A DNA stretch of 20,800 nt from an uncultured Candidatus Saccharibacteria bacterium (GCA_964517275.1 CAZFBL010000003.1:29698-50497); one strand, 5' to 3'; positions 7,547 through 17,142 are shown, counted from the first letter of the stretch. A program made the numbers and translations. The notes: a model not told the origin generated them from the sequence alone.

Positions 7547-7957
7547 TTACGGACAAGGAGGAAATACGTTCCAAGCGCCGCTGAAAGCTCCGGTGGCAAT
7601 AGATTTTAATAAACTGTCGATTATTAACCAACTGGTAAAAATGATGACTAGGCCGATAACCGCATTGGTAAAAATATTTTTGGCCAAACTGACTCTTTCC
7701 TCGCTGCCGCCGGCCACAAGAAAGATAACCCCGGCCGCCACAAATAGGAGAACAGCCGCCGGAATAGCCAGATTAAAACTGATAAAATTGATAATATTAC
7801 TGGCCAAGTGCCAAAGATGACAAAGACTACAGTCCGGCTGACCTGTCCGGCCACAAGGGACTATCGGTTCGGTAACAAAACCGGCATAGGCCAAATTAGC
7901 GGCCAGTAAGCCAATTAAGATAAAAGAACCGATTAGAATTTTCTGAAAACTATCCAT
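7547..7957 (-). CDS. Small secreted two-helix membrane protein, TrbC/VirB2-pilin-like, with a Cys-rich insert (paralog 3 of 3)
   Basis: Signal peptide, then the Cys-containing segment PCGRTGQPDCSLCHLWHL, then the shared core AAGVIFLVAGGSEERVSLAKNIF...GLVIIFTSW, ending ...FPPCP. Confidence 0.5.
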   Translation of the reverse strand: MDSFQKILIGSFILIGLLAANLAYAGFVTEPIVPCGRTGQPDCSLCHLWHLASNIINFISFNLAIPAAVLLFVAAGVIFLVAGGSEERVSLAKNIFTNAVIGLVIIFTSWLIIDSLLKSIATGAFSGAWNVFPPCP

Positions 7958-7964
7958 CTAATAA

Positions 7965-9260
7965 TTATTCCTTCATCAAGAGAGTTATTTGATTAGCCGC
8001 CCGTTCAATCGCTTCCTCGATAGTCGCCCGGCTTAATACCACTGATTCTATCATATCGGCCAAATATTGCTCAATAGCCGAGTTATCCACCTGTTCCCAG
8101 GAATAGGCGGTTAAGGCCTGTTCGGCAAAAACCCCCAAGTCCGGGTCGTCTCTCTGCCAGTTAACCAAGTCGCGACGGGCGGTTGGTTTATTAGTCGATT
8201 CCAAATACTGTTGACTATTCTCTTTCTCGACCAGCCAGTCAATGAATTGCCAGGCTCGCTCGGCCTCCTGGCAGTTGCGAGAAACGACCAGTCCCCAATA
8301 GTTGGCATAATTGACTTCTTTAGTCGCTGTTTTGATCTGAGGCATCGGAGCAACGGCAAAATTTAAATAAGGCGATTTAGCCCGAATAGTCGGCAATTGA
8401 TAAGCATAATTAAAGAGCATTGCCACCTGACCTTCGGCAAAAGCGTCGACCGAGTAATCCATTCTTGTGTTCCAGGTATAAACTGCTTTAAGAGGGTTGG
8501 CGAAATCGGTATAGAATTCTAAGGCTCGTTGGCCGGGATAGAAATTTTGACCATTGAGCTCAACCGACTTGTCGAAAGTGGCGGCCGTCCTTTCCTGATT
8601 AACCATTTGAGCGCCCGATTGAAGCATTAAAAGAGATAAAATATCTGTCGACCGGTTAATATTGCGGGCTGTTCCCAGAGCCGCTCCGGCCCGGATAACA
8701 TTGCCCCGTTCATCCTTGATAGTTAAAGATTCTAAATCGGCCATAAATTCTTCCCAGCTGGCCGGCGGTTGGGGAATGCCGAGACTGTTGAAAATATCCT
8801 TATTGTAGTAAAGAGCCAGCGTGTCAACGCTTAAGGGCAAAGCGGCAATAGTCCCGTCGGCGGCAAAATCTTCGCAGACAACATCGACAAAATTTTCTTT
8901 CAATTCTTTGAGGGTGATTAAACCCGCAGGAGCCGCCCAAATTTTATCCTGGTAACGAGACAGCCAGCTGTTATGGAGCATAAAAATATCCGGGCCGCGT
9001 CCGCTGGCCATTGCTTCCAACAAATCTTCTTCATAGTTTTGATAGGTTTTTCTGTAATAGTTAATTTTGGTCTTCGGAAAATCCTGATTAAATTTATCAA
9101 TCAACGGTTTAAAAACGTCGGAGCCGTCAAAAACACCCCAAAATTCCAACTCAACTTCTTCAAGAACCGGCTCCTTACAGCCGGGTAAAACAGCCGCTAA
9201 GCCGATGAAAACAACCGGTAGAATGATTGTATAGAGAGTAGCCGTTTTGACTTTGGGCAT
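7965..9260 (-). CDS. Extracellular solute-binding protein (ABC-type, family 1), probable lipoprotein
   Basis: Signal peptide with lipobox-like AAVLPGC. Overall length and composition are typical of sugar or oligosaccharide SBPs (MalE-like). No permease or ATPase genes are adjacent. Confidence 0.6.
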   Translation of the reverse strand: MPKVKTATLYTIILPVVFIGLAAVLPGCKEPVLEEVELEFWGVFDGSDVFKPLIDKFNQDFPKTKINYYRKTYQNYEEDLLEAMASGRGPDIFMLHNSWLSRYQDKIWAAPAGLITLKELKENFVDVVCEDFAADGTIAALPLSVDTLALYYNKDIFNSLGIPQPPASWEEFMADLESLTIKDERGNVIRAGAALGTARNINRSTDILSLLMLQSGAQMVNQERTAATFDKSVELNGQNFYPGQRALEFYTDFANPLKAVYTWNTRMDYSVDAFAEGQVAMLFNYAYQLPTIRAKSPYLNFAVAPMPQIKTATKEVNYANYWGLVVSRNCQEAERAWQFIDWLVEKENSQQYLESTNKPTARRDLVNWQRDDPDLGVFAEQALTAYSWEQVDNSAIEQYLADMIESVVLSRATIEEAIERAANQITLLMKE

Positions 9261-9273
9261 ATGGTCGCCAAGT

Positions 9274-9810
9274 TTATTTCTTAAAGTAAATTCCGTAATG
9301 CTGGTTGTCCATAGTTAATTCCTTAACCAAACTTAAGCCCTGGCTTTCAGCCAATTGACAGGCTTCTTCTTTAGAGATAAACCAACCTTCCTTTGGAGCC
9401 AGCGAAGAGCCGGCCAGCCAATCAACAATAACCAATTGTCCGCTCTTTTTTAGCACTCGCTCGGCTTCTTTCAGAACTTCTTCTTTTTTCTGCGACTGGA
9501 ATAAAATATTGGCCAAGATAACCAAATCGACCGACTGGTCAGCCAGTTTAGAGCCGCCAGCTACTTCCAGATTAGCCCGAACCGTTTCAATATTAGAAAT
9601 CTTTTCTATTTCGGCCCGGCTCTTAACCGCCTGAAGCGCTTCTTCCAAAACATCCAGAGCATAGACCTTGCCCTGACTGACCCGTTTGGCCAAAGGCAGA
9701 CTGAAATAGCCATGTCCGCAGCCAAAGTCAGCGATAGTCATATTATCGCGGATATCCAATTGGTCTAGAATAGTCCCTGGTTGGGAAAAACCGCCTGTTC
9801 CCTCAGCCAT
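9274..9810 (-). CDS. Class I SAM-dependent methyltransferase (small, 178 aa)
   Basis: Motif I DFGCGHGYFSLPLA, then acidic motif II (ALDVLEEAL) and DLVILANILF. The start lies 2 nt after the gyrA stop. Confidence 0.75.
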   Translation of the reverse strand: MAEGTGGFSQPGTILDQLDIRDNMTIADFGCGHGYFSLPLAKRVSQGKVYALDVLEEALQAVKSRAEIEKISNIETVRANLEVAGGSKLADQSVDLVILANILFQSQKKEEVLKEAERVLKKSGQLVIVDWLAGSSLAPKEGWFISKEEACQLAESQGLSLVKELTMDNQHYGIYFKK

Positions 9811-9812
9811 AA

Positions 9813-12263
9813 TTAGATGCAGGCAATCGAGGCGACTTTGTCTCCTCGAGCCAGTTTCATTAATTTAACTCCCTGAGTTGTCCGACCTAGAGAAGGAATG
9901 TCTTTAAGGCTGGTCCGAATGACTTGTCCTTTTTGAGAAATAGCGATTAAATCTTCCAGCTCCGGCTCCAAAACCTGGCCAGCGACGATCTGGCCGGTTT
10001 TATCGGTCAGGCGGGCCGTTTTAATGCCCATCCCGCCGCGCTTCTGCAGCTTATAATGACGCAAATCGCTTCTCTTGCCAAAGCCGTTTTCGGTTACTAC
10101 TAACAATTTAATTTGGCTTTCTTCCTTCATGTCGTCAGCCGTAATTATCTGCATGCTAACTAAGCGGTCATCCTTTCTCAGATTAATCCCTTTGACTCCG
10201 GTCGCCGTCCGACCCATCGGCCGGACCTCTGTTTCTTTAAAACGGACACTCTGGCCCTGGGCAGTAACTAAAATAACTTGGTCCTGACTGGAAGTAAGTT
10301 TAGACCATTTCAGGCTGTCGTCTTTCTTTAAATTAATGGCCGTCAGGCCGTTTCGCCGGACATGGCTAAATTCCTCCACCTTGGTTCTTTTAATTATACC
10401 ATTCTCTGTGGCCATAACCAAGTATTTAAAAGGTTGACCGTTTTCGCCATCCGCCTTAACAGTAACAACGGCGGTCACTCTCTCCTGAGCGGCTAATTGC
10501 AAGATATTGACAATTGCCTGGCCGCGGGCAATCCGACTGACTTCAGGGATTTCATAAGCTTTGGCCTGAAAAACGCGGCCACGGTTGGTAAAGAAAAGAA
10601 CATTATCATGCGTGGAAGCGGATAAAAACCAACTAACCGCATCTTCCTCGCGCGGTTTAATCCCAAGGATTCCTTTGCCGCCGCGCTTTTGAGCCCGATA
10701 AGATTGGGGGTTAACTCTTTTGATATAGCCGCCTTGGGTTAAGATAATGACACAGTCCTCCTGCGGGACTAATTCCTCCTCGGTTAACTGGCCGACCGCC
10801 TGACGATAAACTTTAGTCCGCCGCTGGTCGCCGTACTTATCTTTTATCTCTCTTAACTCCTTCTTGACCAAGCTTAAAATTTTCCGGGAACTTTTTAACA
10901 AAGCTTCTAATTTTTTAATTAACTCTTGCTTCTCTTTTAATTCGTCCTTAATCTTTTTCTGTTCCAGACCGGCCAAGGTCTGTAATTTCATTTCCAAAAT
11001 AGCGGTTGTCTGGCGGTCGGTCAACTTGAATTTCTTCATCAGGTTCTGGTGAGCCGCTTCCCGGGTGGCTGATTTCTTGATCGTTTCAATGACCGCGTCA
11101 ATCTGATTAAGGGCCTTGCTTAAACCGGCCAGAATATGAGCTCTTTCTTTAGCTTGCCTTAACTCAAAGTGGCTGCGTCGGGTAATGACCTGCTGGCGAT
11201 GCTTAATAAATTCTTCCAAAAGCCCCTTCAAGGATAGAACCTGCGGCTGAAGGCCGTTGACCAAAGCAAGCATATTCATATGGAAAGTTTTTTGCAAATC
11301 GGTTAACTTAAAAAGGCGATTAAGGATTTTTTGCGGCTGACTGTCCGTTTTCAGTTCAATGACTACTCGGACTCCCTGTCTATCCGATTCATCGCGGATA
11401 TCTTTAATCCCCTGGATCTTCTTGTTTTTAACCAACTCGGCAATCTTGGCAATCAAGCTGGCCTTGTTAACCCCGTAAGTCATTTCGTTAATCAAAATCT
11501 GGAATTGGCCGGCTTTCCCTTCGACAATCTCCGTTTTCGCCCGCATAACAATCGGCCCGCGGCCCGTGCTATAGGTCTGGATTAATCCGCGACGGTCGTA
11601 AATCGAGCCGCCAGTTGGAAAATCAGGTCCTTTAATAAACTGAAAAAGGTCTTTGACTGTTGCCTGTCGATGGTCAATCAGGTAAATAATTCCGTCGATA
11701 ATTTCGCCTAAATTATGGGGCGGAATATTAGTGGCCATTCCGACGGCAATACCCATTGCTCCGTTCAATAGCAATTGAGGCAGGCGGGTTGGCAAAATTA
11801 TTGGCTCTTTTCTGGTCCCGTCATAGTTATCAGCCCAGCCAACCGTGTCTTTGTCGATATCAATCAGCATCTCTTCGGCTATCCGGGACAATTTAGCCTC
11901 AGTATATCTCATTGCCGCTGCCGCATCGCCATCCATTGAGCCAAAATTTCCCTGACCATTAATCAACGGGTAACGCAAAGAGAAGTCCTGGGCCATTCTG
12001 ACCAAGCTATCGTAAACGGCCGAGTCGCCGTGAGGATGGTATTTCCCGAGAGTTTCGCCGACAATGGTGGCCGACTTGCGATATTTAGCCGCGCTGGTCA
12101 GACCAAGACCATGTAGAGCATACAAAATACGACGATGGACCGGCTTAAGCCCATCGCGAACATCGGGCAAAGCCCGCGAGACAATTACGCTCATTGCGTA
12201 GTCCAGATAGGACTCTTTCATCTCATCGCTTATACCTCTTTTTTTGATGTAACCTATTTCCAT
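9813..12263 (-). CDS. gyrA: DNA gyrase subunit A
   Basis: N-terminal [20 protein letters not shown]... with [19 protein letters not shown]. GyrA-box QKRGGKG in the C-terminal beta-pinwheel region. 816 aa. Confidence 0.95.
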   Translation of the reverse strand: MEIGYIKKRGISDEMKESYLDYAMSVIVSRALPDVRDGLKPVHRRILYALHGLGLTSAAKYRKSATIVGETLGKYHPHGDSAVYDSLVRMAQDFSLRYPLINGQGNFGSMDGDAAAAMRYTEAKLSRIAEEMLIDIDKDTVGWADNYDGTRKEPIILPTRLPQLLLNGAMGIAVGMATNIPPHNLGEIIDGIIYLIDHRQATVKDLFQFIKGPDFPTGGSIYDRRGLIQTYSTGRGPIVMRAKTEIVEGKAGQFQILINEMTYGVNKASLIAKIAELVKNKKIQGIKDIRDESDRQGVRVVIELKTDSQPQKILNRLFKLTDLQKTFHMNMLALVNGLQPQVLSLKGLLEEFIKHRQQVITRRSHFELRQAKERAHILAGLSKALNQIDAVIETIKKSATREAAHQNLMKKFKLTDRQTTAILEMKLQTLAGLEQKKIKDELKEKQELIKKLEALLKSSRKILSLVKKELREIKDKYGDQRRTKVYRQAVGQLTEEELVPQEDCVIILTQGGYIKRVNPQSYRAQKRGGKGILGIKPREEDAVSWFLSASTHDNVLFFTNRGRVFQAKAYEIPEVSRIARGQAIVNILQLAAQERVTAVVTVKADGENGQPFKYLVMATENGIIKRTKVEEFSHVRRNGLTAINLKKDDSLKWSKLTSSQDQVILVTAQGQSVRFKETEVRPMGRTATGVKGINLRKDDRLVSMQIITADDMKEESQIKLLVVTENGFGKRSDLRHYKLQKRGGMGIKTARLTDKTGQIVAGQVLEPELEDLIAISQKGQVIRTSLKDIPSLGRTTQGVKLMKLARGDKVASIACI

Positions 12264-12322
12264 ATAGTTCGGCCAATAAAGAACAGCCGGGAATAATTTT
12301 CATTCATCGACTGTTGGTTAAT

Positions 12323-12709
12323 TTATTCCTCTAACGGCAATCGAGCTGGTTTAATCGTTCTTTTTTCAAAAGTTGTTTCAGTGGTCTGAAAAAAATCGGA
12401 TTCGTTTTCCCCTAAAAGTTCCTTCTCTTTATTAATCTCTTCCTCCAGTAAACTGCTTTTTTCAAAAAAGGCGTTGAGACTGGCCCGAAAAACTTCTCCT
12501 AAAGAAGGAACTCCTTCTTCGATTTTCTGCTCGCTTTCTTTTAAAGCCTGGCTGGTCTCTCCAACCGAGGCAATCATGGAATACTTTAAAGAAAGTATCC
12601 AGAGAGAGCCAATTAAAACCATACAAATAAAAACAGTCAGCCACAGAATTTGAAAGCGAATATGGCGCGGTTTCTTTTGGATTTTTTCTAAAAAATCAAT
12701 AAAAGACAC
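12323..12709 (-). CDS. Hypothetical single-TM membrane protein
   Basis: ORF with one hydrophobic helix (ILWLTVFICMVLIGSLWILSL) and an acidic C-terminus. No recognisable domain. Confidence 0.4.
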   Translation of the reverse strand: MSFIDFLEKIQKKPRHIRFQILWLTVFICMVLIGSLWILSLKYSMIASVGETSQALKESEQKIEEGVPSLGEVFRASLNAFFEKSSLLEEEINKEKELLGENESDFFQTTETTFEKRTIKPARLPLEE

Positions 12710-12717
12710 GGCTCTGT

Positions 12718-13362
12718 TTAATACTTAAAAATAACGACTTCCATTTCTTTACCGGCTAAATCTTTTTTCTTAATTGTTAATTTGTCCAAAGCCGGTTTTT
12801 TATCCAAGCCCATTTCTTTCAAAAAATTATCCAGACCGGCTAAATTAATTTTTAAGCCGGGTAATTTGTAATGCATTGGTATAATTAAATGAGGCTCAAG
12901 TTGTTCGGCCACCTTGACCGCCTCAGCCGCTTCAATGGTGTAAGTGCCGCCGACCGGAACAATCAAGACATCGACCTGGCCGAGCGCTTCCAATTGTCTG
13001 TCGGTTAATCGCTCCTGGCCAAAGTCGCCAAGATGGCAAACTCTAAGTTTGTCTATTTCCATCAAGTAGATGGTATTAAGGCCTCTTTCTTCGCCTTTTT
13101 TCTTGTCGTGGTAACTGGAACAGCCAATAATTTTAATTCCCTTAATCTCATACTCGCCCGGGGCGTCAATAATAAAAGGCTGGCCGCTGATTGCCTGAAC
13201 ATTGTTATGGTCGGAATGGTCATGAGAAACAGTAACAATATCAGCATTGCCCCGGGGCGGGGTTAGGCCAACGCTTTTATCAAACGGGTCGGTAATAATA
13301 GTTAAGTGGCCACCTTGATTAGTGATTTTAAAACAAGAGTGGCCATACCAATTAATGGTCAT
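12718..13362 (-). CDS. MBL-fold metal-dependent hydrolase (UPF0173-like)
   Basis: HxHxDH motif (VSHDHSDHNN), with downstream His and Asp ligands (CHLGD, PMHY). Confidence 0.8.
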   Translation of the reverse strand: MTINWYGHSCFKITNQGGHLTIITDPFDKSVGLTPPRGNADIVTVSHDHSDHNNVQAISGQPFIIDAPGEYEIKGIKIIGCSSYHDKKKGEERGLNTIYLMEIDKLRVCHLGDFGQERLTDRQLEALGQVDVLIVPVGGTYTIEAAEAVKVAEQLEPHLIIPMHYKLPGLKINLAGLDNFLKEMGLDKKPALDKLTIKKKDLAGKEMEVVIFKY

Positions 13363-13487
13363 AAACGATAGTTGGCTGTTCCCGAGATTGTCTCAGTTAA
13401 GCGAAGAATTTTATCATTAGAGAGATATAATTCCTGGCCTTTCAGGGGACAGCCGAATTGATTTAATTCTATCACAAAATTTTTCTA

Positions 13488-13516
13488 TTGCCAAGTCAAT
13501 AATTTTAGGTTATACT
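13488..13516 (+). promoter_or_regulatory. Sigma70-like promoter for the S1-ftsH operon
   Basis: TTGCCA at 13488-13493, 17-bp spacer, TATACT at 13511-13516. Confidence 0.5.
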
Positions 13517-13551
13517 CTATTAAACAACACTTCCAAAAAGTCAATTTACTG

Positions 13552-13613
13552 CCTGAGCTTATTGAAGGCATAAATTATTATAAGCTAAAACTTTACCCTT
13601 TGATAAGCTCAGG
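13552..13613 (+). promoter_or_regulatory. Perfect 11-bp inverted repeat in the 5' UTR (cctgagcttat ... ataagctcagg), with a third ataagct copy in the loop
   Basis: Direct reading of the sequence. It lies between the predicted -10 (13511-13516) and the start codon at 13649. Confidence 0.6.
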
Positions 13614-13648
13614 GGATAAAATTTTGACGCTTTTTTAGGAATTTCAAT

Positions 13649-14239
13649 ATGACTACAGAAAAAACAAATTTAATGAAAGATTTAATCAACAAAGACAAAC
13701 AAGGCCCCATTCTTCCTCAGGTAGGCGATTTAATTGAGGGAAAAATTATTAAAATAGGCAAAAGTGCCATTATCCTTGACCTTGGTCCGCTAGGCACCGG
13801 AATTATCTACGGCGGCGAGATAAAGGAAGATAAAGGAGCGCTCAAAGAATTGTCCATCGGTCAAACCATATCGGCCTTGGTCTTAGAGTTGGAAAATGAA
13901 GACGGCTACGTTGAGCTTTCTTTAAGAGAAGCGAATTTGGAAAAGACTTGGCTGGAACTGAAAGAAAAAAGAAAAGCTGGTCAGTCGATTACGGTCCGGG
14001 TAGCTGATGCTAATCGCGGCGGCCTGGTCATCAGATTGTCCAATCTGATTGGCTTTTTGCCTGTTTCTCAACTATCGGCCAAAAACTATCCCAAAGTCGA
14101 AGGCGGCGACAAAGAAAAAATTTTGGAGCAGCTAAATAAATTCGTCGGCCAGGAAATGGAAGTTAAAATTCTTGACCTTGACCAAAAAACAAGCAAGTTG
14201 ATTGTCTCTGAAAAGATGCTTCAAGAGAAAAGTAACTAG
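13649..14239 (+). CDS. S1 RNA-binding domain protein (two S1 repeats; short ribosomal protein S1-like)
   Basis: Two S1 folds: GDLIEGKIIKIGKSAIILDLGPLGTGIIYGGEI and GQSITVRVADANRGGLVIRLSNLIGFLPVSQLS. The stop is 2 nt before the ftsH ATG. Confidence 0.75.
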   Translation: MTTEKTNLMKDLINKDKQGPILPQVGDLIEGKIIKIGKSAIILDLGPLGTGIIYGGEIKEDKGALKELSIGQTISALVLELENEDGYVELSLREANLEKTWLELKEKRKAGQSITVRVADANRGGLVIRLSNLIGFLPVSQLSAKNYPKVEGGDKEKILEQLNKFVGQEMEVKILDLDQKTSKLIVSEKMLQEKSN

Positions 14240-14241
14240 CT

Positions 14242-16065
14242 ATGAAATATCTTCTTAAAAACCTAATCATCGTCTTTCTGGTTTTCCTGACTATTGCCGG
14301 CTTCTTTGCTCTGGTTAGTCAGCCCGGCCAGAAGCCGGAAGAAATTACCCTGAATCAGCTAGTCGAACAGATTAACCAGGAAAAAGTGGCTAAAATTATT
14401 ATCAAAGGGAACCAATTAGAAATTGAATTAAAAGACGGCAATCAAGAGAAAGCGAATAAAGAGGAGGAAGCTTCACTAACCGAATCTCTGAAAAACTACG
14501 GCCTTGCTCCCGAAAAGCTAAAATCAGTTAATCTAGAAGTAAAAAGCGAAAGCGGTCTGGTGTTCTGGCTAGGAACAATTCTCCCTTTTCTCTTACCTTT
14601 ACTGATTATTGGCTTCTTCTTTTGGTTTATCTACCGAGGCGCCCAGCGCGGCCAAATGCAGGCTTTTACCTTTGGTCGCTCGCGGGCCCGTTTATTCAGC
14701 CCTAAAGACAAAAAAGAACAAGTCACTTTCAAAGACGTAGCTGGCTTGAAAGAAGCCAAGGAAGAATTGCAAGAAATCGTTGATTTTTTAAAAAATCCCA
14801 AGAAATTTGTTAATTTGGGAGCGAAAATCCCTAAAGGAGTCCTCTTGGTCGGCCAACCGGGCACCGGTAAAACCCTCTTGGCCCGAGCAATCGCTTCTGA
14901 GGCCAGTGTTCCCTTTTTTAGCGTCTCCGGTTCTGAGTTCGTTGAGATGTTTGTCGGAGTCGGTAGCTCACGCGTCCGCGACTTGTTCCAAACAGCCAAG
15001 AAACAGGCCCCGGCTTTAGTCTTTATTGACGAATTAGATGCCATCGGCCGGCAACGGGGAGCCGGCCTCGGCGGCGGCCACGACGAAAGAGAACAAACCT
15101 TAAATCAGATTCTAGTCGAGATGGACGGCTTTGACCCTAATGCCGGAATCATTCTTCTGGCGGCGACTAACCGGCCGGACGTTTTAGACCCGGCCCTTCT
15201 GCGACCGGGCCGCTTTGACCGCCGAATTGTCTTATATTTACCTGACCTGAAGGACCGAAAAGAAATCCTGAAAATCCACGCTCGAAACAAGCCCTTAGAT
15301 AATAAGGTTAACTTGAAAGAAATCTCTGAACGAACGCCTGGTTTTTCGGGAGCTGATTTGGCTAATTTAGTTAATGAAGCGGCTATCTTAACCGCCCGAC
15401 GAAATAAGAAGAAAATTAGCCAAGATGAACTGCGGGAATGTATTGAAAAAGTTCTTTTGGGACCAGAGAGAAAAAGCCGTCTTCTTTCCAAAAAAGAGAA
15501 AGAAATTGCCGCTTATCACGAAGCCGGCCATGCCTTAGTCGCCTCTTCCTTAAATCATACCGACCCGGTTCAAAAAGTTTCCATTATCGCTCGCGGCCCG
15601 GCGGCCGGCTACACCCTTAAACTACCAACTAAAGAAAGGCAACTCCACAGCCGTTCCGAATTTGTCGATGAACTAGCTGTTTTGATGGGCGGCTATGTAG
15701 CCGAGGAACTAGTTTTCAATGAACTAACCACTGGCGCCTCCAGCGACTTACAAAAAGCAAGCGAATTAGCCCGGGATTTGGTCACTAAATACGGAATGAG
15801 CGAAAAAATGGGACCGCGCACCTTTGGCGGTCGGGAAGAAATGGTTTTCTTAGGCCGGGAAATTGCCACTGAAAAAGAATATTCGGAAGAAATAGCCGCT
15901 CAGATTGACAAAGAGGTAGGCAAATTTATCGACAATGCTTACCGAACAGCTAAAAAAATATTAAGCGAGGAAAGAAAACGTTTGGATTTGATTGCCAAGC
16001 GCCTAATCAAAAAGGAAACGATTGAGCGAAAAGAATTCCAAAGCTTAATGAAAAAGAAAATTTAA
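14242..16065 (+). CDS. ftsH: ATP-dependent zinc metalloprotease FtsH
   Basis: Two N-terminal TM helices, Walker [15 protein letters not shown] region, zinc-binding HEAGHAL. Confidence 0.95.
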   Translation: MKYLLKNLIIVFLVFLTIAGFFALVSQPGQKPEEITLNQLVEQINQEKVAKIIIKGNQLEIELKDGNQEKANKEEEASLTESLKNYGLAPEKLKSVNLEVKSESGLVFWLGTILPFLLPLLIIGFFFWFIYRGAQRGQMQAFTFGRSRARLFSPKDKKEQVTFKDVAGLKEAKEELQEIVDFLKNPKKFVNLGAKIPKGVLLVGQPGTGKTLLARAIASEASVPFFSVSGSEFVEMFVGVGSSRVRDLFQTAKKQAPALVFIDELDAIGRQRGAGLGGGHDEREQTLNQILVEMDGFDPNAGIILLAATNRPDVLDPALLRPGRFDRRIVLYLPDLKDRKEILKIHARNKPLDNKVNLKEISERTPGFSGADLANLVNEAAILTARRNKKKISQDELRECIEKVLLGPERKSRLLSKKEKEIAAYHEAGHALVASSLNHTDPVQKVSIIARGPAAGYTLKLPTKERQLHSRSEFVDELAVLMGGYVAEELVFNELTTGASSDLQKASELARDLVTKYGMSEKMGPRTFGGREEMVFLGREIATEKEYSEEIAAQIDKEVGKFIDNAYRTAKKILSEERKRLDLIAKRLIKKETIERKEFQSLMKKKI

Positions 16066-16104
16066 ACAGCTCATTGACAAAAAATTTCAGCCAAGGAGGG
16101 CCGT

Positions 16105-16248
16105 ATGGATATTTTCAATATAACCTCGGGAGACTTGGGTGTGATTGTGGCGCTTGTTCTAGCCATAGTCTATCTGCTAACCAGGATAAAGCGAATAAAA
16201 AACAAAAAACCATTACCGCAAAAGGAGGGACAAAATGGATTTTACTGA
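16105..16248 (+). CDS. sORF A: 47-aa single-TM peptide (MDIFNITSGDLGVIVALVLAIVYLLTRIKRIKNKKPLPQKEGQNGFY)
   Basis: Perfect SD AAGGAGGG at 16093-16100, 4 nt before the ATG. Not in the supplied ORF track because it is under 60 aa. The track's 16074..16262 ORF is a different frame. Confidence 0.5.
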   Translation: MDIFNITSGDLGVIVALVLAIVYLLTRIKRIKNKKPLPQKEGQNGFY

Positions 16249-16378
16249 TTGTTGGATTATAATACTGCTCTTTGTTATTCTGCTTCTACCTCAAATTCTT
16301 AATTGGCTTTCTGTCCATAAAAAGCTCCCTCAAAGACTAACCGATTCTCTTGTCCGATGGGTAAAAAGAGATCTTTAA
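16235..16378 (+). CDS. sORF B: 47-aa single-TM peptide (MDFTDCWIIILLFVILLLPQILNWLSVHKKLPQRLTDSLVRWVKRDL), overlapping sORF A by 14 nt
   Basis: A second perfect SD AAGGAGGG 4 nt before ATG 16235. Its stop is immediately followed by a terminator. Confidence 0.5.
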   Translation: MDFTDCWIIILLFVILLLPQILNWLSVHKKLPQRLTDSLVRWVKRDL

Positions 16379-16379
16379 T

Positions 16380-16408
16380 AAGAGAAATGCATCGGTCATT
16401 CTCTTTTT
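16380..16408 (+). terminator. Rho-independent terminator
   Basis: Stem aagagaa/ttctctt with a 12-nt loop, followed by a T-run and then an A-run. Confidence 0.7.
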
Positions 16409-16485
16409 AAAAAACTGACCAGGCAACGAGATAAATCAAAAGACTAACCAACCATAATTTGAAAAAGACAAGAATGGAGGACCTA

Positions 16486-17142
16486 ATGATTCAGAAAGAA
16501 ACTATTAAGGGAGTGATTTTGGATTTCGACGGCGTGGTTATCGATTCGACCAACATAAGCATTCAAGGACAATTAGACTTTGCCAAGCAAAAAGGTTATC
16601 CTTGTGTTAGCTACGAGCAGCTAAGACAGCTTTGGGGGTTGCCTTGGACGAATGTAATCAGTGCCATTTATTCTAAGTCAGATGCAGAAAGATTTATGGA
16701 AGAATATTATCCTTGGAAATTGAAGCAAGGAATTCAATATCCCCCTTTCCCAGAAACTCTTCGTTCTCTTACTAGACTAAGAAAAGCTGGTTTGTTGCTC
16801 TCTCTACTGACTAGTCGCGACAAAAGAACCCTTTTTTTGCATATGACTAATGCCTCCGTACCAACTGAAATTTTCTTTTTTATCCAGGCTCCCAACGGCC
16901 ATCAAGACTCCAGGCCAAAAACATTTAGGCCAACTTTCAAGCAATTCAAGCGAGCCGGCTTAAAAAAAGAAAACCTTATCTACGTAGGCGACACTATTTT
17001 CGACGCCCAGGCCGCTCGAGCCGCTCAAATTGAGTTTATCGGAGTTTTGACCGGAGCGACAACCAAAGAGGAGTTCCTAAGAATCGGCGCTAAATATATC
17101 ATAAATTCAATCGCCGAATTACCGAGTCTTATTGGTTTATAA
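16486..17142 (+). CDS. HAD-superfamily hydrolase (phosphatase-like)
   Basis: Motif I VILDFDGVVIDST, motif IV GDTIFD. GGAGG sits 5 nt before ATG 16486. The longest ORF starts at 16459 in the same frame. Confidence 0.75.
   Translation: MIQKETIKGVILDFDGVVIDSTNISIQGQLDFAKQKGYPCVSYEQLRQLWGLPWTNVISAIYSKSDAERFMEEYYPWKLKQGIQYPPFPETLRSLTRLRKAGLLLSLLTSRDKRTLFLHMTNASVPTEIFFFIQAPNGHQDSRPKTFRPTFKQFKRAGLKKENLIYVGDTIFDAQAARAAQIEFIGVLTGATTKEEFLRIGAKYIINSIAELPSLIGL

Noticed and set aside
6803-7854. Plus-strand ORFs 6803..7168 and 7362..7820 and minus ORF 7648..7854 overlapping the pilin-like genes
   Set aside because: Mirror-image hydrophobic frames of the minus-strand pilin-like genes. The minus-strand genes have signal peptides, paralogy and tight operon spacing in their favour.
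14631-15491. Minus-strand ORFs 14631..15044 and 15105..15491 and + ORF 14807..15019 inside ftsH
   Set aside because: Antisense or alternative-frame to an unambiguous FtsH coding sequence.
16066-16100. TTGACA hexamer at 16071-16076 as a promoter for the sORFs
   Set aside because: No acceptable -10 lies 16-18 bp downstream; that position is occupied by the SD GGAGGG. The sORFs are more likely read through from ftsH.
16074-16262. 62-aa track ORF downstream of ftsH
   Set aside because: It lies in the wrong frame relative to two perfect SD+ATG pairs. I replaced it with sORF A and sORF B, which explain the same DNA better.
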